A DNA stretch of 62,972 nucleotides, counting the filler, from Kipferlia bialata (taxonomy: Eukaryota): assembly GCA_003568945.1 (NCBI GenBank). It is 3 parts of 3 records of this genome, joined end to end, with 100 filler letters (N's around TTAATTAATTAA, not from the genome) between each part and the next. Parts side by side here need not be neighbours in the genome. Positions count along the whole stretch, not along the records: positions 1 to 20,982 come from BDIP01000346.1; 2 more parts are not named here. One strand, 5' to 3'. The translations under genes were made by a program, and so were the position numbers. Numbering within the stretch: the stretch's first letter is position 1; each line of letters opens with the position of its first letter. The notes beneath the pieces were generated by a model. It ran no database searches. It was not told the DNA's origin and saw only the letters and a program-made list of their open reading frames with translations. Shown in pieces: positions 1 through 13,121 of the stretch.

Positions 1-5
1 TTCTG

Positions 6-43
<38 letters not shown>

Positions 44-356
44 CCCCCCCCCTCTCTCCTCTCTCATCTACTCTCTTACCTTATGGGTTCCACCAGGGCC
101 AGATCTCTGTGGGTGTTGAGTGTTCAGTCTTTCTCTCTCTCGCCCTCTCGCCCTCTCTCTCTCTCATTGCTATAAGTTATGTATCTTAACCCTCCAGATT
201 CTACATGGGCCAGCTCTGTGTGGGCCTTAGTCTCTCTCTCATTGTCTCCCTGTCTCTCTCTGTCTCTCATTGTATATGTATCTTACCGATAGGTTCTACC
301 TGGGCCAGACATGTATAAACATTGAGTCTCACTCTCTCTCTCCTCTCACCCGCTAG

Positions 357-1519
357 GTTCTACCTGGGCCAGATCTGCGTGGGCATTGTGTTCCTGCTGA
401 CCTTTGGAGGGTTTGGAGTGTGGTGGCTGATCGATGCTTGCCTCATCCCATCCATGGTACGGATATGTACTCATATACGTATATACTTATACATATATAT
501 TTGTGATGGTAGGGTGTATCACCTCTCTCTCTCTCTCTCTCTCTAACACTCACTTGTTGACACTGTCTCAATGCTCACCCTCAGGTTGATGCCACCAACA
601 TCCGCAATGGCCTGTACAACACACCAGGGGGAATGACCACAGTGGTACGGATACATATACATGTACACATTCATCATTGAGAGATGGTTAAGGGTGAGAC
701 ATATAATTGTGTTCCCCCCTCTGACCCCCAGGTCAACTCGATGGCCCAGCCCGGGTACCAGCCCCAGCAGCCAGTCTACCAGCCCATGCAGCAGCCACAG
801 GTGTGTATATATATACGTATATAGCCATAAGTGTACTGTAAGACAGTATACTTGGTGAATATCCGAGTGTGAGTGTCAACATATGTCAGCCAATGCAACA
901 GCCACAAGTGTGTATATATATATATATATATATATGCAAATGTGTATTGTCTATCAACCCCCCCCCCCCTCGGTATGCACCCCAGCTTGTCCTTCTACCA
1001 TGTCACCAATACTATATAGCTACTTAACTGAATGTGTACATATACTCATCCCTCCAGTATGCCCCCCAGCCAGCCATGGTCCAGCCCCAGCAGTACCCAC
1101 CCCAGCAGGTAGAGAGGGCAGTATATATGAAATAGTATGTGTATGTGGGATGCCTCTCTCTCCCTCTCTCTTCATTCTTTCTGTTATACCCACACCCCAG
1201 CAGTATGCCCCTGAGCCCATCTCCCAGTCCCAGTACCCACCCCAGCAGGTATGGGACATTCACTCATACACGTACACATATTGCATGTATGTTTTGTTAT
1301 CAGTGCCTGACCTCTCTTCCATCTGTCTCACCCCAGCCCCAGTACGCCCCCCAGCCCGTGCCCCAGCCAGGTACAGTCCACCTGAGTATACTCTCTCTCC
1401 ATCTGGATACAACTCACCATATTGTAATGTGTATATATACTCATTCATTGTTGACCCCAGGCTACCCCATGGACCACTCCCCTGAGCCTATGGACCAGAC
1501 CAACACATACCCCATGTAG
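357..1519 (+). CDS. TM2-domain membrane protein with Q/P/Y-rich C-terminal tail (multi-exon, 5' end outside window)
   Basis: Exon 357-456 reads (R)FYLGQICVGIVFLLTFGGFGVWWLIDACLIPSM, a TM2 pattern. It splices in frame to 585-644 (VDATNIRNGLYNTPGGMTTV) and 732-800 (VNSMAQPGYQPQQPVYQPMQQPQ), then short QYP-rich exons, ending YPMDHSPEPMDQTNTYPM-TAG at 1519. Confidence 0.8.
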
Positions 1520-1939
1520 AGGAGTGGTATAGGGAGAGGAAGTGGGGGAGTGTAGATTGGGAGAAACCCTCTCACCCTTCCCCACCAGTCTCTCTGTCCA
1601 TGATCTGACAGAGTGCTTGAGTATCCGTCGCGTGAGTAAATATTTGTATCAATCCCTGCGCTTTAGTCGTGCCATGGCTATATGGATGGCAGTAGACAGA
1701 CACGCGCACTATATGGTACTACATAGACCTAGTTGCAGTCTCAACACGAGCAAGTAACCTAAACAGGTTGAATGGTCTTTATGTCACACACACACGACAT
1801 GTATGGACTATCAGAAACGTACAACGAACTGCAATAGATATATCACACTATGAATACAACAGCCAGGCAATAGTGTGCATATACACTATGCACACTGCTC
1901 TGACATAACACTAAAACTAAATGGGTGGACCGACCCAAG

Positions 1940-1979
<40 letters not shown>

Positions 1980-2083
1980 GGCCTCTCCTTCTTGGGAAGT
2001 ATGGAGTGTGGGGTGGAGAGTGCCTTTGAAGACTTCTTTCTCGCACACCAACTCTCTCTCTCTCTCTCTCTCTACACCCTTAT

Positions 2084-2619
2084 CTAACACATCTCGGCCG
2101 AGTCCAGAGTGGGGGGCTCCATGGAACGAAGCTCCTGGGGGTTAGGCAATACTAACCTATACTATACGGCACACACATATACACTATATACCTGCTCTGC
2201 GTCTGGGCTGGATATCATGGGGGAGGCAGCGTCACAGGCCTTGATCTGGCCATTCTGGTTTGTTAGTAAATATTATTATTGTAATAGTATTCTATACATA
2301 GTATATATATAGTATACTATTACAAATGGAGGTCATCACAATATATACCTCATAGAGGACTGGGTTCTTTGCTGCCAGTGTGGGTGCATTGTAGAAGGCA
2401 AGGCCCATAACACACAGAATGCCAACTGGGGGTGAGAGGCAATGGATATAGAAAGAATATTAGAATGTAAGCTTATACAAATAATACAAATATCAACACT
2501 GTTACGTACGTGCCACGCTGAAGAATGTTGGGATAGGCAGGGCATTGGCCACCAGTCCGATGACTGCATAGGCAGTACCCATGATGAAGAAGAACTGGCG
2601 GACCTGGGAATAAGGGGCT

Positions 2620-2661
<42 letters not shown>

Positions 2662-5469
2662 GCATAGGCTGTGCCCATGATGAAGAAGAACTGGCGGACC
2701 TAGGAAAAAGGGTGCAAGGAGAGAGAGAGAGAGAGAGAGAGAGGGATGCTGATTATAGTGTCTGATAGGGGAAGGAGAGAGTGATGAGATGGGGGGGAGG
2801 GGGGGGGGGTAGAGGGTACATGTATCCACCCACCTGAGTCCTGGCCCAGCCCATGTCCTGCACAACCATGTCGGCCATGTACCTGGGGGGTAAGTGAATA
2901 TGGGAATATACACGAAGCCCACACGCACGTACACTCACATTCATGCAAATATACAGACACACATATATATCATACCTGTAGCACCCGTATAGCACCAGGA
3001 GCTGGATGGGGAGGGAGCAGATGTAGACGAGGAACTTCTGCTCATCTGAGGTGAGGGGGAGAGAAGCCAAGACACGCCTAGAGGCTCACCAATATATATA
3101 TATGACTTACGTATGGATATGCCCACCTGGAATGAACCATGCTGGCCCCGATGACAGCAGCATGCCAAAGACAATGAGGACAGCCCCAGTCCACCTCTGG
3201 GGTAAGAAGGTGGTATATACACATAGTGAATATGTAGATATATACAGGTTGATATGAGGACAGCCCCAGTCCACCTCTGGGGTGAGGGACAGAGAGATAG
3301 ATAGAATACAAACACAGGTTGTAATACAAATATCCACGCTGTATGTGAATACACATATTATGCCAAACACAATGAGGACAGCCCCAGTCCACCTCAGGAG
3401 GGTGAGAAGGGGAGAGAGAGTGGGAATGGAGACAGTATATGTACTAGGCCTAGTAATTACACAGTGGGAGAGAGACAGATGGTATGTAGAACATATCTAC
3501 CTTAACACCCGCCTTGAGCATGTGTTTGAGATATATAGACACTGGCAAATTGATATTCATAGACATAGACCCACCTTGAGCATGCGTGTGTTGAAGTGCT
3601 GTCCCGACAGAGATGCAGTGAGAGGGGCACCCTTGACAAGGGGGCTGGGGTGGGTGTATATGGATAGACGTGATAGCAGGTAGAGAGAGACATCAGCAGT
3701 GTATCGCCACAGAATAGAGGATATACACACTGTACCGTACATGAAGTGTGTGAATGAGTGTGTGAGCAGGTAGAGTATCTCCAAGGTGCTGAGTCTCGTG
3801 ATGGCCTCGGGGTTGGGCAGGGTGTCACGGGGCCTGGGGTGAGGATAGAGATGCACTATACTATATATGCATTCATATAGATATATATTAATACATGTGC
3901 ATACCTAGCCAGCAGCCTGGGCACCCTGTACAGTCTGAGTATGACCTCTGCGCATATGAGACCGGCCCAGCACATGATGATGTCACCCAGCTGGGAGTCC
4001 CATCTAGGGGTGAGAGAGGTATGGAGACACAGTAGCATATGATACACAGAGTATATACACACCCATATACCTATAAATGCTATACCCACCTGTCCTCCAC
4101 CTCAATGACGTCATAGCCAAAGATATATTGTGTATACATAGTGTATAGTACATATATACATGAATACATTACACACACTCTGTACCTGTCCTCCACCTCT
4201 ATCACGTCATAGCCAAAGATACCAGCAAGGACACCAAAGGCAGAGGTCTGGGGTGAGGGGGGGGGAGGGGAGGGCGTAGGGGGGGGGGGGCGGCGAGAGG
4301 AGAATATGAACTATATAATACCTCGAATGTCTCCCATAAGTATGCCCCCAGCATCACAGTGGGCACTGTCTCTCTCTCTCTCCCTCTCTCTCTCTCTGTA
4401 TACATTATACTATTGTATACACTCATACCTCGAATGTCTCCCAGAAGTATGCCCCCAGCATCACTGTGGACACTGTGTGTCTCTCTATTTCTCTCTCTCG
4501 ATCTATCTATCTCTATATACACTCTATATTCCTTACCTCGAATGTCTCCCAGAAGTATGCCCCCAGCATGACTGTGGGTGCATCCTGGAATACAAGGGCC
4601 GGGAAGAAGTTGTAGCAGAAGTGCACCTGGGGAGTGAGGGAGAGAGAGGATACAGTAATCAAGTGATCCTTTGAAGAAGAGAAAGGGATGGGAGAGGCAG
4701 GGAAGTGCATCTGGGGAGTGAGTAGGGGGAGAGACAATGAGAGGCCTAGTAGTGCATAGGTAGTGGACTGATGAGGGTCGGACGTTAGGGGGGGGGGGGG
4801 GAGAAGTGAAACTCTACCCAGAGCCCTCAAATCGGGAGGGGATGGAACGTATGCACGCATTATACTGGTAGATATACGTATGAATGGGGATAAGACAGAA
4901 TGTACAGTGAGAACAATGAATAGTGCGTCACCAGGGTAAGGGAGTGGATATACAACTCATACAGAGGGCAGGTTGCATATATTGCCGCCGTTGATAATAT
5001 CTACGATAGTAGGAGTGGTAGAGCCAGAGGGGGAGAGGATAGACGAAATAGCTCTGCAGGTAAAGGGTAGTGGTATTACCCTGGGGGGTGGCATGAGATA
5101 TATGCAAAGTATACTACGATATATACACATAATACACAGCAGGGAAGGGATCCAGTCACGCATAAGGGGAGAGAGAGAGAGTATGACTGATGTATCAGTG
5201 CAGTGCCAATATTCGATATTCGACCCCAAGATATCTTGAACAGATCAATGTCCCAAAGGCCCAAAACCTACCAACACACTCGGTATACACTCCGAAAACA
5301 TATATCTGTACAAGGAATCCTCTAAGTATACATACCACAGTGTATACATGCAGCAAATATGGCAAATATCAAGTATTGGTCAGAACGTGGATAGAGAGAA
5401 AGAGCAACGTACGAAGGGCCATGCACTATTCTCCTTCAGGAAGACAAACATCGCGGGGTCGAACGCCAT
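2084..5469 (-). CDS. Multipass membrane protein with phosphatidylserine-synthase (PSS/PTDSS)-like H...WExxE...E...D...D motif (multi-exon, 5' exons uncertain)
   Basis: Spliced exons: VHFCYNFFPALVFQDAPTVMLGAYFWETFE | TSAFGVLAGIFGYDVIEVED | RWDSQLGDIIMCWAGLICAEVILRLYRVPRLLA, then further hydrophobic exons (WTGAVLIVFGMLLSSGPAWFIP; QFFFIMGTAYAVIGLVANALPIPTFF). Ends ELRSMEPPTLDSAEMC-TAG at 2084. Start could be ATG 5469 (MAFDPAMF...) or ATG 4860. Confidence 0.55.
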
Positions 5470-6216
5470 AGTCTCACAGCGTCGCTCTGAACAATACAAA
5501 AGAGAGAGGAAAGCAAGGCAAAGGGCAATCAATTTGTGGGCACCGTACGTCTCAGTCTTTGGCTTTGAACGGTCTCGAATCAATCATCAAATATATCACA
5601 GCAACACTACCACTCTGCATCCAGCCAGTCTCTAGATGAGCGACATCTATCCGTAGCGGAGTGAAAGGTGTCATTGAAACTCAGGAGCTGAATAGAAAGG
5701 TGGAAAATTGGCTGTGGCTGTGGAATGAACTAAATTCTTCTATCTATTGGGGACATGATTATCAGTCACAGGTGGGTCTGGATGGCGGTCCCTTCCGTGT
5801 CAATGAGATGTATGACTTTAGAATGTGCGTGGTTTGCACAGAAGACGAACAATCTGAAGTCTGCATTCACTAAGACTTAGATTCGGTGTAGAAATCTGAC
5901 AGATGAATGGAACACTCCCAACCATCTCTCCATTCTCTACCAGTCTTGGTTAGGGGGTACCTTGAGTCTCAAGTTGAGACCTAGAGGGAGGGTAGAGAGG
6001 GACACCGTGCTCTCTATCAGTCATATTGATATGACTGAGACAGTGGAGGTGGGTATATAGATTGCTTGTCATCTGAGTACATGTCATTGGAGCAGTGCTC
6101 ATTGTGGATGTATATATACACACGCACACCACGTAACTCATTAGAAAGCGGCCACGCTATCACTACTGTGATATGCACTGTATCCACTCTTTCTCTCTTG
6201 TATTCTTCATCGATTT

Positions 6217-9200
6217 ATGGTATACGGTAATCCCTCAATCCTCCAACTACACCCTCACCCAGACCACTGACTCTGTGCACATAGAGAGTGTACTGCCTGT
6301 CCAGAATACACAGGGAGAGGCCCATGCAGTGGACACAGCAGGAGTCAGAGGGCCAGAGACAGACGAGAGGGAGAGGAAGTACAAAGTGTGGCAGGTGGGA
6401 GCTTGGTCTATCTCTCTTTCTCTCTCTCTCTACTCTCCCCCTGATCTCTCTCTTCCCTCTGGTGATATTGCGGAGTAGAGTATGCTCTCCGATATACTCC
6501 CCCCCTCCCTCCTTCCCCTTCCTCTCTCTTCCTCTCCCCCTCCATCCGTTCCCTCCCATTCTCACCCGGTTCTGGCACTAACGCCTTCTCTCTATCTCAC
6601 TCCCGGTCACTCCTTCTCTCTCTCTTTTTCTCCTCCCCTCTCTCTCTCACCCCTTTCCTCACCCAGTTCTGGCGCTACTTCCTGCCCTACTGTGTGTTCC
6701 TGTTCCTGTTCTTTGTGGAGGTATCAGGAGTATCTGTGTATAATATGTACATGCATACATACTGATAGAAAAATATGCATGCTGATCCTGTTCCTGTTCT
6801 TTGTGGAGGTGTCATCAGCGTGGTATATATATATATATATACCAGTGTCAACGTATAGTATATACATGCATACCTACTGATATAGTATATACAAGCTGAT
6901 CCTGTTCCTGTTCTTTGTGGAGGTATGATCAGTAATACATTATGTATATATATATGTATATACCGATATGTGTACATTCTCATACCGGTCCAGATATTAA
7001 TGGCAAGAAACATACCCTTCTCCACCTATTTGTGTGTGTGTGCCGTGTGGTATCAATTTGACTTCTACATACAGTGCACCCTATCCCTCCCACCCCAGGT
7101 CTACACTATAACCAGGAGCATACCCTGCTATACCTATGTATGTATGTATATACATTTGACATTTGTTGTCATAGTCAATCTACCTCCTCATTCACCCCAG
7201 GTCTACATCATGACCAGGAACATGCCCTACTACTGGTTCCTGAGGGGGGTCGACAACGCATTGTACGGGAATTGATGCAATATACTACTTCTCAGTCTTC
7301 GCCACCTCATGTATTCAAGTCCCCCTTCCCCCTCTCCCCCTAGGTTCGAGAGTACCAATGGCGACCCCGCAGCCAATGTGAAGCCATATGAGGAGATTCC
7401 GGTGAGTGTTCAATATATAGTTTCTATATTTGTACAAATGTGACTTGTATCCCTAACTATTCAATGTGTTGTATGCATATATCTTTACATATGCATACAG
7501 TGACCATAGGACTTTGCCTCGTACTTTGACTGGCTGGAGGGGTCTGTGTCCTCCTTCCTAGTGGCATCAGAGTACTACAATGGAGACCCACTGCCTGAGG
7601 ACAATGTAGGTGAGGGGTGGGGGGTGGTCTTTGTGTGATTGAGTCTGTGTCTCTACACTTAAATGTCATTGGTGTCTATAGTATATGTATAGAATATGCA
7701 CTGTTCCTGTCTGATCTCAGGCTATGCCCTGCACCAGTCACCTGTGTGTATGTAGTATATATATGTGTGTGTATGTAGTAGTAAATATATATATATATAT
7801 ATATATGTGGGTGATGTATGCATGTTCGCATTTATTCATGCCAGGCTATGCCCTGCACCAATCACCTGTGTTTGGGGGACTCAGGCTCAGGCAGGTATGG
7901 CTAGTCATTGGTGTACCAGTATATCGATGGATGTGCTTGTGGCTCAAAGGTATATGTCTCTATATATCCATGGCCTTGCCTGCACTCTCTGACCTGTCCA
8001 GGTCCGTGCCACCGAGGATGTGTTCACATACCCACAGACACGGGCATCGGTAGGTGTGTACTTGTAACAAGATATATGTGGTTTATACCTAGTACAATTG
8101 CTTCTCTTCCCTTTGACCCCAGGCTCCATACCCCATGTCTTCTATGGCGTAGTGCATAGTGATGGGGAGGGGGAGGCCAACACGGAGACACATTGTGGGG
8201 TGGAGTGGCAGAGCCAGGAGCAGCTAGGTGGAGAGGTATACTATGTGAAATTTATTTAGATATATGCTGTATAATAGTACTGTACTGTGATAGTATCACG
8301 TGGTGGAGTGGAGTGGTAGAGTGAGGAGCAGCTTGGGGGGGAGGTAGGGAGACACATGGGATGCTAATGACAACAGCGTGTTGTGTTTGGTTCCTTACCT
8401 GTTGGGTGTGGTATGGTAACCGGTGCTCACTTGTTTTGTGTACATAGTGATGCATATACTCACTCCCCAGGGTAGTACGTATATGTTGTATATGGATATA
8501 TCCATATAACTCACTCCCAGGTGTGGCATGGCAAGGTTGGCTACTACCCAGGGAGTGGGTATGTGGTGGACATTCCCATGAACAGGACCACCAGCGACAC
8601 AATCATCGCAGAGCTCAAGGTACCTGTGTCTATCCTCAAGTATAATGCAAAATTATGTATATTTCCATATCCCTAACGCCAGGACTGCACGTGGTTTGAT
8701 GAGCGTTCCCGTCTGTCTGTCCTGGACATGACCCTGTACAACCCATCCCTGGTGCGGCACAGACAGTATAGTATTGAGACTGTGGAAAGGAAGGAGATGT
8801 ATATAGAGGTCTGCTACGTATACTAGGCCTAGTACATCCCCCTCACCCCAGGATGTGTTCCTAGTGGCCAGGATAGGCATGGAGTTCCCAGCAGAGGGAG
8901 GTATGGACATATCATCAACTACAAGTATTGTGAGTATACTAGGTTCAATGTATTCTGGTCTCACCCCCAGGCTGTGTGCCCTTCCACCAGTTCAAGCTGG
9001 TTGATCTGTATAGATACCTGAGGGAGCCAGAGGGCAAGCAGTGGTGGAGGTAGGGGTGGATGTGCTCATCGAGTCTATGTATAGTAGTGTATGTATGCAT
9101 CTACAGCTAATCTCCCTGCGTCTTCCTCTTGCCACCATCCAGCCACTACATACATATATAGAGGAAGGTCTCTAAGCTGTAATGATAGTGCTCTTCCCCC

Positions 9201-11735
9201 AGGTTCTTTGTGGAGGCCATGCTGTCTCTCTTCTTCGTTAAGTTCCTGGTCGATGAGGTGGTGGAGATTAGGGTATGTTCAGTTCACTATATATCATATA
9301 CATGCATATATATACACATATGAGTGAGTCTCCAAGTGTGTCTACCACAGCCATGCCTCACCCGCCAGCAGTCCCTGCAGCCCCCCTCCACCCAGTCTCC
9401 CTCTGCTGTCTATAAGACATGGCACCAGTACAAGGCAGACTGGTGGAACTGGGTGGATTGGTATGATTTTTCATTGTTCTACAGTACATATCTATATCTT
9501 CATATGGACTACGTTAGGTAGTAGGGATATGTACCTATCGAGCAAGGCAGACTGGTGAAATATGGGTGGACTAGTATGTATGGAACATAGAAGTACATAG
9601 TTCAGTACATGAGCAGCATATGTATAGATTTGTCATCTCATCTTTAGGACCAACCTGGTTCTGTTCATGGTTGTTGTGGGTGTGCGTATCCACTCTGTGC
9701 TGCAGGCCAAGGCCCTACTGGCACAAGTGGCACGGGAGGAGACAGGTGTGGTAGTATATAGATATGTGTGTGTATATATATAGGTAGTATTGTCTACTGG
9801 CTCAGGTGGCACAGGACGAGAGAGGTATACAAGTGTATAAATATGTGTGTGTATATATATAGGTAGTATTGTCTACTGGCCCAGGTGGCACAGGACGAGA
9901 CAGGTGTGGACATATGTTTATATGCATGTGGGTATGTGTGGGTATGTGTATATACTTTGGTCGTAATGTCGGGTGGCAGTGGACGACACAAGTAATCTAC
10001 CCTCTACAGCTTACAGGAGTGCTTCTGACCCACATACCATACCCACCCCCAGCCTTTGTTAACTTTGAGCCCGTGGCCTATAACATTGTGTACATCGAGC
10101 TTGTCCTGGTCGGGTGTCTGTGCTTCCTGACCCTGTTCAAGTCGTTCAAGTTCTTCGGGGTCTCGCCAAGGTACTTTGATCGCATATCATATATCTAGTA
10201 GTAGTTTACATACCATACATATAGTGTTCACTGAAGACGTATATACGTTCAAGTTCTTCAGCATGAAACCGAAGTGCGACAGAGACTCTTCTACTTCACA
10301 TATGGCCATCGCAAGCTATCCATCCTCGCTGCCACCATGAATGATCACAGTTACAATTTCTATACATATACCATATATCTACTTGTATCTACCCCCAGAC
10401 TCCATCCTGCCTGCCACCTTGAATGACCACAGTATCTACTGTACTTATCCCATGTACATACTATACGATGTACATACTCTACATACCACATACTATATAT
10501 ACATCTCCCACCCCCAGACTCTCCATCCTGGCTGCCACCATGAAGGCCGCTGCACAGGACCTCGCTGCATTCTCATTCGTGTTCTTCTTTGTGTTCGTAG
10601 GGTGGGTATTGTCAGCAAATTGTCGAGTAGCCTTCATTCATTATACGTTGGGTTTGGGATCTAACACGATCACCCTTCACCCCAGCTTCGGCATGGCCGG
10701 TCACGTTGTGTTTGGGGGCTCTCTCTATGAGTTCTCCTCCATCAGAATGTCCATGCTCCAACTGTTCAGATGGATATGCGGGGAGTTTGGTTCGTGACAG
10801 ACGTGTATATATTTGTTAATATTGGTTCCTGATCTCACCCTCTGACTAATGCACTATGTTTCTTGCATGTATGTATACATGCCACCCCTCACCCCCCAGA
10901 CTTCATGTCGATATACTGGCTGCACCGCATCTTTGCCTGTGTGTACTTCGTATCCTTCATGACCCTGTGCTATCTGCTGCTGCTTAATATGCTGGTGGCC
11001 ATATTCATAGACGCCTTCAACACGGTACGGTGATGTGACATGTTCACACTCTTAATTGTGTGATACTCCTGGTCTAACTGTCTAGGTGCGGTCTGACTCT
11101 TCGTTCAAGGGAGATGTCATCCTGGCAGATATACTCACAGACCTGAAGGTTTGTCAGTTTAGTCTTTCTACGTACATTGCCCTGATCCCATGCTGTTCTT
11201 CATCGATAAACTCATGATTTCACCGATTCTCATGTGTCATGACGGACCTTGATGTGGGTTTGTTACTCTCTCTTCTCACTCTCTGACCCCAGGGCAAGAG
11301 TACTGTGGTGCTGCCATGGAAGAGCGGGTGAGTGCATCACATAATGATAGATACACCATTGCAGACACTTCCATTCTGTATCTTCTGTCTACCTCCCCTC
11401 ACCCCCAGGGGCATCAGTCTGAGGGACTGTATTAGGCCACAGAGACGCAGAGGGGGAGGGAGAGGGAGAGACACCTGTCAACAGTGCAGTACAGACACAA
11501 CCCAGGGGGCAGGAGAGGGTGCAGTGGCAAAACAACAGCCATCAATGCAGGCAGTGCGGCAGCTGCTAGAGGAGATTAGAGAGAGGTGAGATAGTCATGA
11601 ATACTGTAATCTTATACCCTGTTCTCAGTATTTGTTAATATGCGTATGTGTACACCATCCCCTGCCTCACCCCCTAGACAGCATGCCCTGGATGATATGG
11701 TCAGTGCCATGGTGGAGTTGGGTACAGAGCAGTAG
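6217..11735 (+). CDS. PKD2: Polycystin-2 / TRPP-type cation channel (multi-exon)
   Basis: Exons give S1 FWRYFLPYCVFLFLFFVE; TOP-domain motifs PVFGGLRLRQVR, YYPGSGYVVDIP, WFDERSRLSVLDMTLYNPSL and ARIGMEFPAEG; S3 YKADWWNWVDW; S4-S5 FKSFKFFGVSPRLSILAATMKAAAQDLAAFSFVFFFVF; pore GGSLYEFSSIRMSMLQLFRWICGEFDF; S6 YFVSFMTLCYLLLLNMLVAIFIDAF. Stop TAG at 11733-11735. ATG 6217 followed directly by an intron is the tentative start. Confidence 0.88.
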
Positions 11736-12188
11736 TACATGAGTGTATCATGTATATGGATGTATATACATATCTTGGACACCATGGTCAGTGCCATAGC
11801 GGGTGGAGAGGGGGAGAGTAGGAGTATATCAGTGTAGGTTGGATATCTGGCTTGGTGATATACAAACCCATACCACCTATCAATACCATGGACGCTGTGT
11901 GGGTGGTGGGGGTGAGTAGTGTAATAATAGCAACATGAGTGTGAATAGACACATAGGTACTACCTCCCTACTAGGTAGTCCTTGGGGGAGAGAGTTATGC
12001 TAGAGTTCATATATGTGTGTATGGGTGTGTGTATGATAACTGGAGTGAGATGCCATCCAGGTGTGTAATCTTGGTTATCTTGAAGACAGCTAGAGAGGAC
12101 TGGGACTGGGCCTGCTACAGCCCTACACATAGCTATTACCATTGACAGCTTCCGAGGTATATTCCTAGGATTTGTGATTGTGTGTTGT

Positions 12189-13121
12189 TCACTTCCCCCT
12201 CACAGCCACTCTGCCTGGGGGTATGATGCCCCACCTTAGGTCAGGGTGGGGGTATACCAGAGCAGGATCTATGTAGTGCAAGCGGGCAGACCTCTTGCTC
12301 CTAACGGCTAGTGCGGGGGTGAACATCCCGTCATCACATCCAGAGGTCTCAAATGGATATACCCCATACTCACCCGATATGGTATCATACGCCACCCACA
12401 TCCACTTCTCACTGTACAGGTCAGGTCTGTATGATATGAGCAGTAGATGTCCTACAGCCATTAACGCAGTGTATGGCCTGTTGAGGAAGCTTCGGTGTCC
12501 CTGCCACAGTGGTCTCCCACCCTCCGGTCTAGACCACCCTGTCTGCTTGTCATACGACACCACATATCCATCATCAGTAAGACCATAGGCCCTGCCCCCT
12601 ATCACACACAGCTTGCCATCATTGCTAGCGGGTAACCGCACCCCCTCCCAGAGTGTGTAGACAAGAGGTACCCACCCCGCCTCTGTGTCTTCAGGGTCAA
12701 AGCGCCACATTGTGTACGTGCCCCCGACGTCCTCTGTGGCTGTACCCCCGTATATATAGAAACACCCCTCAAGGGTGAAGTCACACAGACCTGTGACCCT
12801 GACAGGAGAGTAGAGGGCCCTCACATCAGGAGGGTCCACCCTGTCATCCAGAGGCATGTCTAGGGGTATCATGTGTGCGGCACCCCTTGTACACACATAC
12901 AGGACCCCTCCCATGTAGAAGAGCAGGGGGTTAGTCAGAGTCTTGACCCTGACCGTATCCACAGTCCCCTCACTCAGGAGGGTGTCGATGAACAGCACCC
13001 CACTATCCCATGAGAGGGAGGCCTCACTGTTGTGGCCTAGGTGCTCACCGTATAGCAGAGTGCCCGTGTTTCTGGTCACTGGGTGGCTGCTAATGAAGAC
13101 AGGAGGCTCGGCGCTGGACAT
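12189..13121 (-). CDS. Intronless Kelch-like beta-propeller protein (lineage-expanded family)
   Basis: 310-aa single ORF with Kelch-like blades (FTLEGCFYIYGG...MWRFDPEDTEAGWV; LCVIGGRAY...VVSYDKQTGWS; AVGHLLLI...WVAYDTISGEY) and C-terminal IDPALVYPHPDLRWG, shared with other ORFs in the window. Confidence 0.75.
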   Translation of the reverse strand: MSSAEPPVFISSHPVTRNTGTLLYGEHLGHNSEASLSWDSGVLFIDTLLSEGTVDTVRVKTLTNPLLFYMGGVLYVCTRGAAHMIPLDMPLDDRVDPPDVRALYSPVRVTGLCDFTLEGCFYIYGGTATEDVGGTYTMWRFDPEDTEAGWVPLVYTLWEGVRLPASNDGKLCVIGGRAYGLTDDGYVVSYDKQTGWSRPEGGRPLWQGHRSFLNRPYTALMAVGHLLLISYRPDLYSEKWMWVAYDTISGEYGVYPFETSGCDDGMFTPALAVRSKRSARLHYIDPALVYPHPDLRWGIIPPGRVAVRGK

